From a virus (taxonomy: Duplodnaviria; Heunggongvirae; Uroviricota; Caudoviricetes): 64,000 bases of DNA. Location of the stretch: positions 1 through 64,000 of the IMG/VR virus record IMGVR_UViG_3300012933_000236; one strand, given 5' to 3'. Under the pieces are notes generated by a model. It was not told the origin of the DNA and searched no databases. It was given only the letters and a program-made list of their open reading frames with translations. The position numbers and the translations under genes were made by a program. Below are positions 53,720 through 63,465 of the stretch, piece after piece; the stretch's first letter is position 1, and every line of letters starts with the position of its first letter.

Positions 53720-54098
53720 AATTCAAGAAGCTATAACTTTTTCTAAACAAGAGTTTGGCTTCGGTAAGCGTTCTAAAGATGGCTCTACCTTAAGAGATCA
53801 ACTCAATTCCGTATGGAGACAAACAGGTATAAAACCTAAAGAGCTTGAAGATATTGTTGAGCTACCTGATGGTTGTATTCATGTATGGAAATGGTTTATT
53901 GATCTGCATAATGCACGAAGCTCTAACGGCTTTGGTGTCAACCCAATAGCTTATACAGAAATTAAAGCTTATTTTGATTTAATAGAGTTGCAGCCTGAAG
54001 AATGGGAAATTAACTTGATTAAGTTATTTGACAATGAAGCATTACAAGCTTACGCGAAAGAAGCTGAAGCTGAACGCAAGAAAAGTAATAAGAAATAA
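53703..54098 (+). CDS. C-terminal extension of the tail assembly chaperone (gpGT-like), expressed by a putative +1 programmed frameshift at UUU-CGA near 53705
   Basis: A 132-codon open frame (+1 relative to G) opens 5 codons before the G stop and contains no ATG/GTG/TTG start. The -1 frame is closed. Slippery TTT followed by the rare CGA codon. Confidence 0.45.
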   Translation, partial: TFDQSEIQEAITFSKQEFGFGKRSKDGSTLRDQLNSVWRQTGIKPKELEDIVELPDGCIHVWKWFIDLHNARSSNGFGVNPIAYTEIKAYFDLIELQPEEWEINLIKLFDNEALQAYAKEAEAERKKSNKK

Positions 54099-54187
54099 AG
54101 TAGTAGCCTTCTAACGAGGGCTTCTATGTGTATGGATTAATGTAGTTTATACACATAGGAATTTACATCCACAACGGGAGAAATGCT

Positions 54188-57100
54188 ATGGATTTAGCAG
54201 AATTAAAGTTCGTAGTTAATACGAAAGAATTGGAAGCTGCCGCTATTAAAGTTGCAGAGTTAGGTACTGCTGTATCTAAGTTAAATAAACCAATGCAGAA
54301 CTTAAGTAAAGAATCTGCAAAAACAAATAAAGAATTAGCTAAAGCTGAAGAAGCTGCTGCTAAGGCTGCACTTGCTCAAACAAAATTAGAACAGGCACAA
54401 GCCAAAAGTGCTCAAACTGCTGCTAAGTCAAGCAGTGTATTAGAGCGTCAGAATCTTATCCTAGAGTACATGGCCCAAGGTAACTCTAAGGGTCAAGCAT
54501 CTATCTTAGCTACAGCTAAAGCTGCTGGTGCATTAGATGATGAAATGCTGCAGTTAAATAAGACTCTTGTTACTCAGCGTACTCTAATCGGTGGTGATCC
54601 ATTCGATAAGAGTATTGGTTTGATGCAGAAGCTACAAAACGAATATAAGACCACAACAGAAGTCACAAATCTATTCAATAAAAACTTAGGTCTTACTCAG
54701 AAACAAATGACTGATCTAGCCCGTGAAAAGGAAAGATTGGTTGCGTTATATGGTATTGAAGGTAAAAGCTTAAATGGATTGTCTGCTGAATATGACAAGT
54801 TGATTCAAAAGAGCGTAAAAATTAACCAAGCTAATTCTGAGCGCACTAATAGTATGAAAGCTCAGATTAAGGCACAAGATGACGCTGTAAGAGCAAGTAC
54901 TTATCTTTCTGCTGAAATGGAAAGAGTTAATAGATTAACACAATCTGGTGGTGATGTTACAAGTTCTGTTAACAATAAATTAATTAAATTTGAACAAGCA
55001 TTAAAGCAATCAGGTCAAAGTGCCAATGAACAAGTCTTAGCCTTAGAAAGATATAAGACAGCTTTAATGTCGATTCAGAAGGCAGCAGGTAATCGTCAGG
55101 TTGATTATCTATCAAGAGCGTTAGGTCCACAGATTACCGACATTGCGGTAGGTTTAGCTACGGGTCAAGCACCTCTAACTATTCTATTGCAACAGGGTGG
55201 TCAGTTACGAGATCAATTTGCTTTAGCTGGTGTAGCTGGTAAAGATATGGGTGACATGCTTACAAAAGCTGCAATAGGAATGGTCAGCAGTGTTAAGGAT
55301 GTTGCTTTAGCCATTGGTGGTGCATTAGGTGGCGCATTCGTTGCTGCTGGTAAATCCGTTAAGAATTTCATTATGGATATTACAGGTACAAGTTCTGCAC
55401 TAGAATATATACGATATCAAATTGCTCTTCTTGATGGTTCCAATGGTATTCTAATGAAAAGCTTCTTGGCAATGGGTGGTCTGTTAACAGGTGTTATTGC
55501 TACAGGTATTTTTGCTGCTGTCGCTGCCTTTATTGCATATGGTGTTGCTCTAAAAGAAGTTATCTCTCAAGAATCTGCTTTATCAAAAGCAATTAATCTA
55601 ACAGGTGGTTCTCTTGGTCTTACTACAGATTCGGCTCTAGGTTTATCAGAAACTCTTGCGGGTTCTAAAGGTAATGTAGGAGCATATCTTACTGCTATTA
55701 CAGACATTGCAAAAGCAGGTAATGTTACATCAGATAATTTAAAAACTGTAGCTAAAACTATTGTTGAAGTCAGTAGAGTAACAGGACTTAGTTCAGAAAC
55801 TCTTGCTAAGAATTTCAGTAAGATATCAGAAAAGCCACTAGAAGGTTTGATTCCCTTTGCTAAAGAATTAGGTACAATTAATGTTGAAATTCTTAAGCAC
55901 ATTCAACGATTAGAAAAAGCAGGTAAATATACAGAAGCTGCTAAGATTGCAACAGATGCATACGCTGGTGCTTTAAGAAACGCTGGTAAGGCAATAAAGG
56001 AAGACATGGGATTCTTAGAGGATTTCTTCTTTCATATTGCTAGAGGCGCTAACATGGTGTGGAATGAAATCCTTAATATTGGTCGTGCTACACCTCTTGT
56101 TAAACAATTAGCAAAGGCTCAAGAAGAACTTACATCATTGCAAAATGGTGATGGTTTCATGACAGACCAATATCGTAAGAACTCAATTCAAGTTGCAGAA
56201 GCGGTTATTAAAGGTATTGAAAATCAAATTACTGCACAGAAAAAACTAGGTGAAGTAAAGGCTAACAATGTAAAAGAAGTTGTTGCTTTAGAAAGAAGTT
56301 TAAAAACTAAGGATGAAAAAGCAATTGTAGTACCAATGAGTAGAGATATTTCTATTATTCAGAAAGATTACAATGAACAGTTGAGACTTGCTGAAGGTTT
56401 CGCTAGAGATGAACGAAGTGTATTGAAAGCTCGTTTTGATGCAGGTTTAATTGAACGTGCTGAATTCATTACAAAAGATACTGACTTACTTGTTAGATCA
56501 GAAGAAAAGCAGTTGTCTGTTATTGAATCATTTAGAGGTAAGTATAAGAAAGCTTATGAAGAACAAACTGCAGCTTTAAATAAAGCTTTGGGTTCTACTA
56601 AAGATGAAGAAAATAGAAAAGTATTGAAGTTATCTATTGAAAACTTAACTAAAGACTTTAATGAATTTAATGCAACATTGGATGATACCAAAACAAAAAT
56701 TGGTTCAGCATTTGGTGCAAGAGAACAGGTGGCATTGTTAGAGTTTGAGAAAGCTGCTTTTGCAAGTACTAAAACTTTCCAAGAATATGCTAGAACACAG
56801 GAAGATGTCGCTGCCAATAAGAAAGTTGATCTACAATTACAAGACAGATTAACAAATGCTTATGGTGCTGAAGCTTCTCAAATTAAAGCAGTAGCTGAAG
56901 AAACAAAAAAACAAACTGCAGAAATTTCTAAGTTTACTAAAGCACAAGAAGAAGCTTACAAACAGTATTTAATCGTACTAAGTAATCCGGCATCATCCTT
57001 AGCTCAATTAGAAGCTGCTGGTGGTGCTTATACTACTGCAATGATCAATGCTAATAAAGCAATTGCGATCTCTAGAGTGAGTATTGAAAATGCAGGTACA

Positions 57101-59725
57101 GACGCTGTTGTAGCTTACTACAAGCAAGAATACGATAGAATCAGTAATGGTGTAACTGACAGTATTGTAACCGCTTTATTTGAAGGTGGTAAAGCTGGAA
57201 GTAAAAAATTTAGAGACTTAATTACTGCTGAACTTAAGAAGCCAATTACAATCATGGTCAAAGCCTTGGTTGATGCTACATTGGGTAGCTCTATTCAAAG
57301 TTTCATGGGTGGTTCAACAGGTAGTGCTGTTGGTTCTGCTGGTGGTAGTATGCTTGGTTCTATGGCTGCATCGGGCGGTTTTGTCGGTTCAGTTGCTAGT
57401 GCTGGTCAATATTTTAGCACAGGATTTATGAATACAGTTGCTGGAACTGGTGCAAGTGCTGGTGCAACGGCTGGAGCCAGTATTGGTGGAGCAAACGGTT
57501 TTGCAATGCAAGCAGGTGCTTACGCTCCCTATATTTTAGCTGCAGTTGCCCTTGTCTCTCTGATTAAATCCTTGGATGATTCAGGTACATATCATACAGG
57601 TGGTGGATCAAAATACAGTGCTGCAGGTGGTTTAACCACTGGTAATACTGGTGGAGAGTTCTTTGATGTTCAATATGGTAAACAAGCGATTGATCTAACA
57701 ACAAATATCACCAAAGCAGTTGTTGGAATTTTAGACTCAACTGCTGTAGCATTTGGTAAAACTGCAGGTTATGAAGCTGCAACTAGTTTTGCTGATGATA
57801 CTAGTAAAGATGGTGCATGGGGTGCTTTACTCATTAATAAAATGGGTGAGAAGCTAATTGATTGGAATGATACTCGTGAAAACAAATGGGCTCCTCGTAA
57901 TTTCTCTGATGGACAACAAGGTATTACTGAATACCTGAATCTTGTAGCTTCAGATGTTCGTAAGTTGTTAATTCAGGAAACACCGGGTTGGGCAGATACA
58001 ATGCTTAATGCCTTGGGTGATGCTCCTACTCTTGAAAATCTAGCTGCTGTTGTAAATCAGATTGGAATGATTCAACAAGCATTCGTTAAATTTGGAAAAG
58101 TATTACCGGGATTCGCTAATATTTCGGATACAAGCATTGAAAGTTTATTGACTTTATTCGGTGGAATTGATAATCTTAATAACTCTTTGAGTTTCTTCTA
58201 TGAGAATTATTTCAGTGAACAGGAGAAAGCTGCAAATCTTACAACAGAGTTAACTGCTCAGTTTAGAGAATTAGGTTTAGAATTACCAACTACTCGTGAA
58301 GCTTTCAGAGCATTGGTTACTGCTGCTAGAGAAGCTGGTGATGATAAACAAGTTAAAAATCTACTTGATTTACAACAATCATTTGCACAGTTAGTACCTG
58401 TTACAGAAATGCTTGTGGGTACAGTTGATGTTCTTACAGAAACCATGCAGGATCTCTTGAAAGAAAGAGCAAATCTTGAAGTGGAATTATTACAGGTACA
58501 AGGTAGAACAGATGAAGCCAATGCTGCATTACGTAGAATTGCTACTGAAGGTTTTACTGAAGCTGAAATAGCTGCTTATGATTACAATCAGAGTTTAAGA
58601 GATCAGATTCAGTCTTATAAAGATGCAGATGAAGCTATTAAATTGCAAAAAGAAAACGCTGAGAAACTACTTCAAACTAGAAAACAGGAAACTGATATAG
58701 CTCTTGATAGTGTAAGACGAGCAATTGACGCTGAAAAAGAATTAGTTCAGGTTCGTTTAGATGCTGCTGAAAAAGAAGAACGGTCTATTAAAGCTGTCTT
58801 TGATTTACTATCTTCTACTATCTCAGATATTAGAGGGCAGTCAAATGCAGCAGGTAGCCTAAGTTCAGCGAGAGATTTAATCTCTAATGCTATCAACACT
58901 GGTGTATTACCTGATGCTGATAAGTTATCAGATGCATTGAATGTTGTTAGACGCAGTATTGAATCTACAGCATACGCTACAAAGACTGAGCAAATCAAAG
59001 CAGGTTTAAAACTTGCTAATGAACTTCAGTCATTACAAGATATTGCTGAACCTCAGTTATCTGCAGCGGAACGAGCCGTTATTTTGGCACAAGACCAATT
59101 AGTGATATTAGATAATCAACTCAAACAAGCTCAATTACAAGTTGATGCATTGAGAGGTGTTGATACTTCAATCGTTAGCTTGAGTACTGCAATGAGTAAT
59201 TTAGCTATTGCTATCTCAGCAGAAGCTGCTGCTAAAGCTGCTGTTGCTACTTCTAATAAGACTTCCACAACTACAGGATCACAGACTTCTGCAGGTGGTT
59301 ATAATCTTGTAAGAACTGCAACTGGTGCTACTTTGAACTTCCCCGGTGGTGGTTCTCACTCTGTTGCTGGACCAGACGCTGTTAAATTGCTGACAGACAC
59401 TTATGGTTTAGTATCTGGTCCCGGTGGTAGTTTAGTAAGAACTAGAGCCGATGGTGGTTATACACCTCCCGGTATGACTTTGGTTGGTGAAGATGGTCCA
59501 GAATTGGTTAACTTTAGTCGCCCAAGTATGGTTTACACTGCTGCACAAACTAGCTCTTTGATGGGTGGTTCTTCTTCTGAAGAGCTTGCTGCTATTAGAC
59601 AAGAGTTAATAATGCTTCGTGCAGAAACTCGTGCAGTTGTTAGCAACACATCTAAGACAGCTAAAATTCTTGACAGGTCTAGTCCAGATGGACAAAGCTT
59701 GCAAGTTACTGTTGTTACACCTTAA
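54188..59725 (+). CDS. tape measure protein
   Basis: 1845 aa, extended coiled coil, A/G-rich central region with GG motifs, directly after the chaperone genes. Confidence 0.9.
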   Translation: MDLAELKFVVNTKELEAAAIKVAELGTAVSKLNKPMQNLSKESAKTNKELAKAEEAAAKAALAQTKLEQAQAKSAQTAAKSSSVLERQNLILEYMAQGNSKGQASILATAKAAGALDDEMLQLNKTLVTQRTLIGGDPFDKSIGLMQKLQNEYKTTTEVTNLFNKNLGLTQKQMTDLAREKERLVALYGIEGKSLNGLSAEYDKLIQKSVKINQANSERTNSMKAQIKAQDDAVRASTYLSAEMERVNRLTQSGGDVTSSVNNKLIKFEQALKQSGQSANEQVLALERYKTALMSIQKAAGNRQVDYLSRALGPQITDIAVGLATGQAPLTILLQQGGQLRDQFALAGVAGKDMGDMLTKAAIGMVSSVKDVALAIGGALGGAFVAAGKSVKNFIMDITGTSSALEYIRYQIALLDGSNGILMKSFLAMGGLLTGVIATGIFAAVAAFIAYGVALKEVISQESALSKAINLTGGSLGLTTDSALGLSETLAGSKGNVGAYLTAITDIAKAGNVTSDNLKTVAKTIVEVSRVTGLSSETLAKNFSKISEKPLEGLIPFAKELGTINVEILKHIQRLEKAGKYTEAAKIATDAYAGALRNAGKAIKEDMGFLEDFFFHIARGANMVWNEILNIGRATPLVKQLAKAQEELTSLQNGDGFMTDQYRKNSIQVAEAVIKGIENQITAQKKLGEVKANNVKEVVALERSLKTKDEKAIVVPMSRDISIIQKDYNEQLRLAEGFARDERSVLKARFDAGLIERAEFITKDTDLLVRSEEKQLSVIESFRGKYKKAYEEQTAALNKALGSTKDEENRKVLKLSIENLTKDFNEFNATLDDTKTKIGSAFGAREQVALLEFEKAAFASTKTFQEYARTQEDVAANKKVDLQLQDRLTNAYGAEASQIKAVAEETKKQTAEISKFTKAQEEAYKQYLIVLSNPASSLAQLEAAGGAYTTAMINANKAIAISRVSIENAGTDAVVAYYKQEYDRISNGVTDSIVTALFEGGKAGSKKFRDLITAELKKPITIMVKALVDATLGSSIQSFMGGSTGSAVGSAGGSMLGSMAASGGFVGSVASAGQYFSTGFMNTVAGTGASAGATAGASIGGANGFAMQAGAYAPYILAAVALVSLIKSLDDSGTYHTGGGSKYSAAGGLTTGNTGGEFFDVQYGKQAIDLTTNITKAVVGILDSTAVAFGKTAGYEAATSFADDTSKDGAWGALLINKMGEKLIDWNDTRENKWAPRNFSDGQQGITEYLNLVASDVRKLLIQETPGWADTMLNALGDAPTLENLAAVVNQIGMIQQAFVKFGKVLPGFANISDTSIESLLTLFGGIDNLNNSLSFFYENYFSEQEKAANLTTELTAQFRELGLELPTTREAFRALVTAAREAGDDKQVKNLLDLQQSFAQLVPVTEMLVGTVDVLTETMQDLLKERANLEVELLQVQGRTDEANAALRRIATEGFTEAEIAAYDYNQSLRDQIQSYKDADEAIKLQKENAEKLLQTRKQETDIALDSVRRAIDAEKELVQVRLDAAEKEERSIKAVFDLLSSTISDIRGQSNAAGSLSSARDLISNAINTGVLPDADKLSDALNVVRRSIESTAYATKTEQIKAGLKLANELQSLQDIAEPQLSAAERAVILAQDQLVILDNQLKQAQLQVDALRGVDTSIVSLSTAMSNLAIAISAEAAAKAAVATSNKTSTTTGSQTSAGGYNLVRTATGATLNFPGGGSHSVAGPDAVKLLTDTYGLVSGPGGSLVRTRADGGYTPPGMTLVGEDGPELVNFSRPSMVYTAAQTSSLMGGSSSEELAAIRQELIMLRAETRAVVSNTSKTAKILDRSSPDGQSLQVTVVTP

Positions 59726-59736
59726 TGCAATAAACA

Positions 59737-59762
59737 GAGGGAGTTAATTCTCCCTTTGTTTT
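59737..59762 (+). terminator. rho-independent terminator after the tape-measure gene
   Basis: GAGGGAG-TTAATT-CTCCCTT hairpin followed by TGTTTTA. Confidence 0.5.
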
Positions 59763-59831
59763 ATATTCGAAGGAATAAAATGAAGTTACTTAAATTCAAA
59801 GATAACTTAGATATAAATCAAGAGAGTTGTT

Positions 59832-60731
59832 ATGCAAGTTCTTAAGCCTCTAGTATTTCAAAACTCTCAACTGATTAGTACTACTGCAGTTAATGCAGAT
59901 GCTAATTATAATTCAGGTACAACATATGCATTAGGTGCAAAAGTATCTTATCAAGGTATTCGTTATGAATCTTTGCAAAACACTAACTTAAATAAAACAC
60001 CCGATGTTTCACCTACTTGGTGGCTTAACATAGGTGCAACTAATCAGTTTGCAATGTTCGATCAGTTTGTAAGTACTAGTACCACAGCAACTACAAGTTT
60101 AACTGTAGTATATGCTCCGGGTGCAGTATTTAATAGCATCGCACTCATTAACTTAGAAGCTGCTGTTGTTACTATAACAATTAGAGATGGTTTAGCTGGT
60201 CCTATTGTATATGAAAATTCTGCAGGTCTTTCAGGTGCTAACGTAACAAATTGGTATGATTATTTCTTTCTTGATCCTCTATTAAAAAGAACACAAGTCG
60301 TATTCTCTGGATTACCTGCTTATGTAAATTCGTACATTACAATTGAATTAACAAATAGTACAGGTCAACCAGTAAGCGTAGGTCAAGTTGTAGCGGGTGA
60401 TCTTGCTTCTCTTGGTCAGACTCAATATGGTGTATCTGCAGGTATTGTAGATTACAGTGTTAAAGAAACTGATGAATTTGGTAATACAACATTTGTTAAA
60501 AGAGCATTTAGTAAAAGAATGCAATCTGATTTCTTCTTGGAGAATAATCAATTAAATAGAGTACATGCTTATCTAGCTTCAGTGAGAGCTACACCTGCTG
60601 TATGGATTGGTTCTAGTGATCCTCAGTTTGAAGAAGCATTAATTATCTATGGTTTCTATAGAGAATTTTCATTGCAAATTGCATACCCAAATAATAGTTT
60701 ATATAATATTGAGATAGAAGGATTAACATGA
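59832..60731 (+). CDS. tail tip protein (distal tail protein-like position) with N-terminal CBM5/12-like carbohydrate-binding motif
   Basis: 299 aa. YNSGTTYALGAKVSYQGIRYESLQNTNLNKTPDVSPTWW resembles the CBM5/12 W...Y.G..V.Y.G..Y....W pattern. Confidence 0.45.
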   Translation: MQVLKPLVFQNSQLISTTAVNADANYNSGTTYALGAKVSYQGIRYESLQNTNLNKTPDVSPTWWLNIGATNQFAMFDQFVSTSTTATTSLTVVYAPGAVFNSIALINLEAAVVTITIRDGLAGPIVYENSAGLSGANVTNWYDYFFLDPLLKRTQVVFSGLPAYVNSYITIELTNSTGQPVSVGQVVAGDLASLGQTQYGVSAGIVDYSVKETDEFGNTTFVKRAFSKRMQSDFFLENNQLNRVHAYLASVRATPAVWIGSSDPQFEEALIIYGFYREFSLQIAYPNNSLYNIEIEGLT

Positions 60732-61465
60732 CAACAATTACAACTTTACCTACAGCACCAAGTAGAAGTGATCCTATTAACTTTGCAGATAGAGCAGACG
60801 AATTTCTTGGTGCTTTACCTACTTTCGGTGATCAAGCAAATGCTGTAGCTAGTGAAGTAAACGGTTACGCGAGCAATGCACAAACTGCTAAAACACAAGC
60901 TGAAGCTGCCGCTGCTGCTGCACTAGCAACTGCTAACACAAGTCTTTGGGTCAGTGGTACAACTTATGCTGTAGGTGTAGTTACGTATAGTCCTATTACC
61001 TTTTTGAGTTATCGTAGAAAAACATCAGGTGCAGGAACTACCGATCCTTCTGCTGATGCAACAAATTGGCAACTAGTTGCTGGTTCAGGTGATGTTACTT
61101 TAACGGGTACACAAACACTGACTAATAAAACATTAATTTCTGTTATTTCAACTGCTACTAAAGAGACTAAGGTTTCTATGCCAGCTAATAACTTTGATTT
61201 GAATACAGCTAATTATTTTACTAAGACAATCAGCACAACAACTACTTTTACAGTAAGTAATGTACCATCAAGTGGAACAAGTATTGCTTTTATTTTAGAT
61301 GCTACAAATGCAGGTTCTGCTGCAATTACTTGGTTTTCTGGTGTGAAATGGGCTGGTGGTACAGCACCTGCTTTGACAGCAAGTGGTAGAGATATCTTAG
61401 GATTCTTTACACATGATGCAGGTACTACTTGGAATGGCTTACTTTTAGCTAAAGATATTAAATAA
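60728..61465 (+). CDS. tail fibre protein (conserved TTLPTAPSRSDPINF N-terminus; C-terminal domain shared with the 46375 gene)
   Basis: 245 aa. C-terminal ...AGSAAITWFSGVKWAGGTAPALTASG... is paralogous to the 128-aa protein. Confidence 0.55.
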   Translation: MTTITTLPTAPSRSDPINFADRADEFLGALPTFGDQANAVASEVNGYASNAQTAKTQAEAAAAAALATANTSLWVSGTTYAVGVVTYSPITFLSYRRKTSGAGTTDPSADATNWQLVAGSGDVTLTGTQTLTNKTLISVISTATKETKVSMPANNFDLNTANYFTKTISTTTTFTVSNVPSSGTSIAFILDATNAGSAAITWFSGVKWAGGTAPALTASGRDILGFFTHDAGTTWNGLLLAKDIK

Positions 61466-61474
61466 AGGAGTATT

Positions 61475-63454
61475 ATGACAGCAAGAAATATATTAATGGC
61501 TGCAGCGGGGGGTTCTACTGACGCTAATTATATTGAGGATGTGTTCTCGACTTGGCTTTACACAGGCAACGGCTCTACACAGACAATCACCAACGGGATT
61601 GATCTGGCAGGTAAGGGTGGGTTGGTATGGTTGAAAGATCGATCAGGTGCGAGTATTAATCAGCATACGTGGGTTGACACGAATCGTGGCGTAAATAACT
61701 GGATTAATTCAGCAAGCACATTTGAGCAATCACCTAGTAACATTCTGTCTTCTTACAACGCAACTGGTTTTACTCTTTCGGATAGTGTACGCAGCAACCA
61801 ATCAGGTGCTTCCTATGTGGGATGGACATTCCGCAAGCAGCCAAAGTTCTTTGATGTTGTGACGTATACGGGGAATGGGACAGCAGGGCGTCAAATTGCG
61901 CATAACTTAGGATCAGAACCCGGTTGCATCATTTTCAAACGAACCGACAGCACAAGCGATTGGGCTGTGTATCACCGAGGTTTAAATGGTGGATCAGGGC
62001 CAGAGGACTACAAGATATTCCTAAACACGACCGCTGCACAAGCAAGCGGTGCACCATACGTTATCAGCACACTTGACTCAACAACCTTCACTCTTGGTAG
62101 CGATGGTTCTGGTGGTGGCTCTACGCTCACCAACGTGAACGGAGCAACTTACGTAGCCTACCTATTCGCCCACAACGCAGGAGGCTTTGGCCTGACGGGT
62201 ACGGACAATGTGATTTCGTGTGGGTCGTTTATGACTGATGGGTCTGGTAATGCTACGGTTGATCTTGGGTATGAACCACAGTGGTTAATGATGAAAGGTA
62301 CTACAGCGGGGCAACCGTGGTGGCAAGTTAACAATATGGCTGGTTTTGTTGCTGCTCCCGGCACAACAACCAGATATTTGGCTGCAAATTCAACAGATGC
62401 TGAAAATAGCTGGGGAAGTGTTATGGCCCCAACAGCAACAGGTTTTGTAACAACAGGCCTTGCAAGTTCCACCATCTACATCTACATCGCCATACGCCGT
62501 GGCCCGATGAAAGTGCCTACTGATGGGACTAAGGTGTTTAATGTTGTGTCCCAGACACCAAGCGGCACAACCACAGTTACCAATTCTTTTGCGTCTGACA
62601 TGGTGCTTTCTTGTCAGCGGTCTAACGGCGGTGGTTGGGGTTTTAACGTAGCGGACAAGCTGCGGGGCTCTTCTATCCCCAGCGGGTCACCTTATCTGAC
62701 AACGCCAACAACAGCAGCAGAGGGCAACTTCTCTGGCTACGGCTTTAATTTAACTAACACAGACATCCAAGAAAACTTCTGGAACGTGGCGCTAGGTGTT
62801 TCAACACCCGTTGTATACGACGTATTCCAACGTGCTCCCGGCTTTTTTGATGAGGTTTGCTATACGGCCACAGGAGCAAACCTAAACGTGGCACACAACC
62901 TGCAAGCCGTGCCTGAGTTGATGATTGTAAAAGCTAGGAGTTCTGCTGGCTGGAATTGGACTGTGTACGCTGCTCCGCAAGGCGCAACAAAACGTGGGTA
63001 TCTTAATAGTACTAATAATTTTGGTACGTCAGCTTTGATGTGGAATAACACAGCACCAACATCTACTGTATTTACGGTGGGCGCAGGTGATGATACAAAC
63101 CCGTCTGCGGGCGTAACAATGGTGGCCTACCTCTTTGCCACATGCCCCGGCGTGAGCAAGGTCGGTAGCTACACAGGCACAGGCACAACTCAGACCATCA
63201 ACTGTGGCTTTACGGGTGGGGCGAGATTTGTACTCATCAAAGCTGCCAGCACCACAGGTAATTGGTATGTATGGGACAGCGCACGGGGCATCGTAGTGGG
63301 TAATGATCCATACCTAGTGCTCAACAGCACTGCTGCCGAAGTCACAACAACCGATTGGGTTGACACTGCCGCAACAGGATTTGAACTCAGCAACGCTGGT
63401 GGCAATTTGGCTAACAGTACTGGTGTCACATACCTCTTTTTAGCTATCGCATAA
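61475..63454 (+). CDS. tail fibre / receptor-binding protein with three internal repeat modules; GC-rich relative to the genome
   Basis: 659 aa. Repeats ...IIFKRTDSTSDWAVYHRGL / ...MIVKARSSAGWNWTVYAAPQG / ...VLIKAASTTGNWYVWDSARG. GC content visibly higher than neighbours. Confidence 0.6.
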   Translation: MTARNILMAAAGGSTDANYIEDVFSTWLYTGNGSTQTITNGIDLAGKGGLVWLKDRSGASINQHTWVDTNRGVNNWINSASTFEQSPSNILSSYNATGFTLSDSVRSNQSGASYVGWTFRKQPKFFDVVTYTGNGTAGRQIAHNLGSEPGCIIFKRTDSTSDWAVYHRGLNGGSGPEDYKIFLNTTAAQASGAPYVISTLDSTTFTLGSDGSGGGSTLTNVNGATYVAYLFAHNAGGFGLTGTDNVISCGSFMTDGSGNATVDLGYEPQWLMMKGTTAGQPWWQVNNMAGFVAAPGTTTRYLAANSTDAENSWGSVMAPTATGFVTTGLASSTIYIYIAIRRGPMKVPTDGTKVFNVVSQTPSGTTTVTNSFASDMVLSCQRSNGGGWGFNVADKLRGSSIPSGSPYLTTPTTAAEGNFSGYGFNLTNTDIQENFWNVALGVSTPVVYDVFQRAPGFFDEVCYTATGANLNVAHNLQAVPELMIVKARSSAGWNWTVYAAPQGATKRGYLNSTNNFGTSALMWNNTAPTSTVFTVGAGDDTNPSAGVTMVAYLFATCPGVSKVGSYTGTGTTQTINCGFTGGARFVLIKAASTTGNWYVWDSARGIVVGNDPYLVLNSTAAEVTTTDWVDTAATGFELSNAGGNLANSTGVTYLFLAIA

Positions 63455-63465
63455 GGAAAATAATC

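Noticed and set aside
53700-53740. Conventional -1 frameshift for the tail chaperone
   Set aside because: The -1 frame terminates after 11 codons (ELSIRVKFKKL*). Only the +1 frame is open.
55567-58998. Minus-strand ORFs inside the tape-measure gene
   Set aside because: They are antisense to the 1845-aa ORF. Their A/S-rich translations are typical antisense artefacts.
61475-63454. Diversity-generating retroelement targeting the repeat-containing fibre
   Set aside because: There is no reverse transcriptase gene and no template-repeat/variable-repeat pair with adenine-specific differences in the window.
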